Source of the DNA: an uncultured delta proteobacterium
GTDB lineage: Bacteria > Desulfobacterota > Syntrophia > Syntrophales > UBA2185
Direction of reading: 5' to 3'
DNA length: 64,000 nucleotides
NCBI GenBank assembly: GCA_963729715.1
Contig: CAVSPA010000003.1
Coordinates: 1-64,000, forward strand
The translations under genes and the position numbers were made by a program. Positions within the stretch are counted from its first letter, which is position 1. Each line of letters starts with the position of its first letter. Positions 60,815 to 64,000 of the stretch are shown piece by piece. The notes beneath the pieces were generated by a model. That model did not search any database, was not told the origin of the DNA, and saw nothing but the letters and a program-made list of their open reading frames with translations.

Positions 60815-62677
60815 TCAGGCAGAAAATGATTCTTGTACCATTTCGAGTGGCGTCTTATCGGCCAGTACAATGCATTTGCATCTTGCCCCTACTGCAGGAA
60901 GAACATTGGCGGCAAAATACTTTGCCGAAGCAACCTTCCCCAGGTAAAATGCGGCTTCTGAACTGTTCCGGGCCGGATTGTGGGCCGTTTCATCATCCGT
61001 CCCCGCCTCTTTATACAGAGCGTCCAGCTTCTCCTGTGCAATACCTGCAGCCTGCAATAGCTTCCATCCAATTACAAGATCTCCCATTATCATCAGGAAA
61101 GGCCGAGCATTCAATATGGGAAGGATATAATTAGGACCTTTTCCCCACTCGGCGAACGACTTCGTGAGGCTACCTACTGCTGTGAGGACTTCTTCAAGAT
61201 GACTGGCATATGGCTCCAGTTCATCGCGTGATTTAATTTTTTGGATTGTGCCAGTAATTTCCCTGAAGAGATTGATTAAATTGCGCCCTTTATTCTGTCC
61301 CAGCTTTCTGCCTACGAGGTCGAGAGATTGGATATAGTTAGTCCCCTCGTAGATGGTGGCGATCTTGGAATCCCTCAGATACTGCTCCATGGGATATTCG
61401 CTGCAATAGCCGTAGCCGCCGAATATATCTATGCCAAACGTGCATACCTCTACAGCTTTGTCAGAGCAGTAAGCCTTGCTGATAGGGGTTAGGAGCTCAA
61501 CGAATCCATTCATTTTCTCCCGCTCCTCTTCGCTTGCCGCAATGCGCTCCATATCGATGCAATATGCGATAAAATAGTTCAATGCCCGCATGCCCTCAAC
61601 ATGTGCCTTCATCCAAAGCAGGGAGCGCCTGATATCCGGATGATCGATAATGGCGATAGCCGGCGCCGCCGGATTATTCCAATCCTCAATTCTTCTGGAT
61701 TGAACCCTTTCTTTGGCATATTGCACCGCATGTTCATAGCTGACGCTTGCCAAATCCAGCCCCTGCATACCTGTGCTGAGCCTGGCTCTATTCACCAATC
61801 GGAACATGACCTTCATACCTTCACGCTCATTCCCTAAAAGCTCACCGATGCAATTTCCGTTTTCACCGAAATTCAGTGTCGCGGTTGCGGAACCCTTGAT
61901 TCCCATCTTGTGTTCGATGTTGCCGGTAATCACATCATTAAAGTTTCCGAGGCTCCCGTCACTATTCACCCTGTACTTGGGCACGATGAAGATGGAGATG
62001 CCCTTTGTGCCCGGAGGATCGCCTTCGATTCTCGCGAGCACGGGATGGACGATCTGTTTGGTCAGATCGTGGTCTCCTGAGGAGATAAAGCACTTTGTGC
62101 CGGTGATGCTGAAAGTGCCGTCGGGCAGTCGTCTGGCGCTCGTCCTTAAATTGCCCACGTCGGTACCCGCACCGGGCTCGGTCAGGCACATGGTGCCGGA
62201 CCACTCGCCTGAGAACATCCTAGCGGCATATTTTCTGATTTGCTCCTCCTTTCCAAATGTCCCAATCAATGTGGCAGCGCCCGCGGTAAGGCCGGGATAC
62301 ATCAAAAAGGCGTAATTTGCGGCGCCGAAAAGTTCAGAGCAGGCGACGCCAATCGAAATCGGCAATCCCTGCCCGCCCAGCTCAGGAGGGGCAATAGAAG
62401 AGATCCAGCCGGACTCGCAGTACTTCCTGTAGGGCTCATGATAACATCTTGGAGCGTAGGTCTTGCCGTCTTTAAAAACAGCGGGCTCCTGCTTGTCTCC
62501 CATCTCGTAGGTCGGAAGGATCTCTTCCACCGCAAACTTCTCGGCCTCTCCAAGTATCATATCCGCTACCTCGCGGGAGAATTCTTTATACCTATCCGAA
62601 GCAAACAGCCTTTCAATTCCGTTCTGCTCATAGAGGACGAACTTCTGATCTCTTGTGTTCACCAGACCATTTCCCAT
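60815..62677 (-). CDS. Acyl-CoA dehydrogenase (long form)
   Basis: MCLTEPGAGTD, GTK.FIS, EHKMGI, GGYGY, IYEGT. Confidence 0.95.
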   Translation of the reverse strand: MGNGLVNTRDQKFVLYEQNGIERLFASDRYKEFSREVADMILGEAEKFAVEEILPTYEMGDKQEPAVFKDGKTYAPRCYHEPYRKYCESGWISSIAPPELGGQGLPISIGVACSELFGAANYAFLMYPGLTAGAATLIGTFGKEEQIRKYAARMFSGEWSGTMCLTEPGAGTDVGNLRTSARRLPDGTFSITGTKCFISSGDHDLTKQIVHPVLARIEGDPPGTKGISIFIVPKYRVNSDGSLGNFNDVITGNIEHKMGIKGSATATLNFGENGNCIGELLGNEREGMKVMFRLVNRARLSTGMQGLDLASVSYEHAVQYAKERVQSRRIEDWNNPAAPAIAIIDHPDIRRSLLWMKAHVEGMRALNYFIAYCIDMERIAASEEEREKMNGFVELLTPISKAYCSDKAVEVCTFGIDIFGGYGYCSEYPMEQYLRDSKIATIYEGTNYIQSLDLVGRKLGQNKGRNLINLFREITGTIQKIKSRDELEPYASHLEEVLTAVGSLTKSFAEWGKGPNYILPILNARPFLMIMGDLVIGWKLLQAAGIAQEKLDALYKEAGTDDETAHNPARNSSEAAFYLGKVASAKYFAANVLPAVGARCKCIVLADKTPLEMVQESFSA

Positions 62678-64000
62678 ATATCATTCCTTTCAGGGTTGTA
62701 GTTGATTCAGCGCTTTTATGTTTTGTCTGTTCCGTTTGCGTCAATTCCTTCCGTAACTCCTTCTTCAATACTTTCCCAACTCTGCTGATCGGGAATTCAT
62801 TCTTAAAAATGATCTGCCGGATTTTCTTATACGGTGCAACGTTCCGGGCGCAGTAGTCGAGTAATTCCTCGGCCGTAGTTCCCCCTCCCTCTCTTAAAAC
62901 AACGAAAGCAACCGGTATCTCACCTGCTTCCGTATCCGGTCGGCCTACTACTGCACATTGCTGGACAGCCGGGTGCCTGGCCATAATTTCTTCCAAATCC
63001 CTTGCGTAAACATTATATCCCTTGTAGATAAACATGTCCTTTTTCCGGTCGACAATGTAAACATACCCATCTTTATCTTCCCGCGCAATGTCACCTGTAT
63101 ACAGCCATCCATGACGCAACACCATTTTCGTCTCCTCAGGCTTTTTCCAGTACCCTTGCATCACTTGAGGCCCCTTGATGCATAGCTCTCCAGCCTCCCC
63201 CTGTGGCAATTCTTTCGTTCCCGTGTCGAGGTCAACAATTTTGATTTCCACGTCGGCAAGGGGTAAACCGATTGATCCAGCTTTCACACCTTCCCGGCTC
63301 GGTGGATTATAGTTGCTGCCCATAGTGCATTCTGTCAGACCATAGGTCTCCATGACAACGCCCGGGAATATTTTAAGCATCTGTTTTATAACCGGAATGG
63401 GAAGCGGCGCGGCGCCGGATGTAACAAGCCGGATGGAAGAAAGATCATATTTTTTAAGATCAGGATGACTTACCAAAGGGATAAAAAGCTGAGGGGCTCC
63501 ACCAATGCTGGTTGCTTCATATTTCTCGATAGCCTGAAGATACTGGGCTGGGTCGAAGCGTGGAAAGACTACCATAGTATCTCCCCCATAAATTCGCAAG
63601 TTCAGGTAGCCGATCGTCCCCATCGCATGAGACCAGGGGACCACAATCAGGGCTCTTTCCTTTCCAAAGCGGGTTGGATGCTCCTCTTCTTGGTCACCCT
63701 TCATGCGCACGACTCCCAGGATTCCGTCTTTATAGGTAACATCGCCGCCCCTGATCCACTGAGAGCTTTGGAGTACATTCGCCACAACGTTAAAATGAGT
63801 AAGCATCACCCCTTTGGAGATCCCAGTAGTGCCGCCGGTATAAGCGAGGTGAGCCAAATCCTTCTTTGGCTCAATCTTCACCTCCGGAGGTTTTGGTTCA
63901 TGGGACTTAATCAAGGTATTGAAATCGAATGTGCCTGGAATTTCTTTCTTTACGAGTGGAGGTCGAATGGCTGTTAGCAGGGGCGGAAAAACATCGGGGA
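62628..64000 (-). CDS. Long-chain acyl-CoA ligase, 5' end outside the window
   Basis: YTGGTTG.SKG, YGLTE, GWLYTGD, DRKKD. Confidence 0.92.
   Translation of the reverse strand, partial: PDVFPPLLTAIRPPLVKKEIPGTFDFNTLIKSHEPKPPEVKIEPKKDLAHLAYTGGTTGISKGVMLTHFNVVANVLQSSQWIRGGDVTYKDGILGVVRMKGDQEEEHPTRFGKERALIVVPWSHAMGTIGYLNLRIYGGDTMVVFPRFDPAQYLQAIEKYEATSIGGAPQLFIPLVSHPDLKKYDLSSIRLVTSGAAPLPIPVIKQMLKIFPGVVMETYGLTECTMGSNYNPPSREGVKAGSIGLPLADVEIKIVDLDTGTKELPQGEAGELCIKGPQVMQGYWKKPEETKMVLRHGWLYTGDIAREDKDGYVYIVDRKKDMFIYKGYNVYARDLEEIMARHPAVQQCAVVGRPDTEAGEIPVAFVVLREGGGTTAEELLDYCARNVAPYKKIRQIIFKNEFPISRVGKVLKKELRKELTQTEQTKHKSAESTTTLKGMIYGKWSGEHKRSEVRPL

Noticed and set aside
62628..62677. 50-nt overlap of ligase with acyl-CoA dehydrogenase as a programmed event
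   Set aside because: More simply a lost stop codon giving a non-conserved tail; no slippery signal seen

Overview
Accessory-rich 64 kb window, probably from an anaerobic deltaproteobacterium (inferred from gene content: fatty-acid/acyl-CoA metabolism, DZR-cyclase-STAND-TPR protein). Positions 1-26.3 kb are tandem integrative islands separated by 3' fragments of a tRNA-Leu(CAA) gene (4464-4521, 16301-16358). Two island families alternate. The first is a toxin-antitoxin/defence type (AbiE systems, RelBE x2, HigBA, primase-helicase, a conserved coiled-coil gene, an integrase remnant and a 31-bp arm-like motif). The second is a unidirectional cargo array headed by a secreted PLD nuclease gene. 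It recurs at 39.3-43.3 kb and as a remnant at 54.2-55.2 kb, and its spacers contain 3'-end fragments of other array genes. Mobile elements: a group IIC intron, IS200, an intact IS110 with a recognisable bridge-RNA donor loop, a deleted IS110, a two-tyrosine-recombinase element with terminal inverted repeats, and several MITE/PATE-like elements. From 45.8 kb the genes are mostly metabolic or signalling, plus a candidate sRNA with anti-Shine-Dalgarno loops at about 57.7 kb. No CRISPR array, rRNA or intact tRNA was seen. All calls are by-eye motif recognition; no searches were run.
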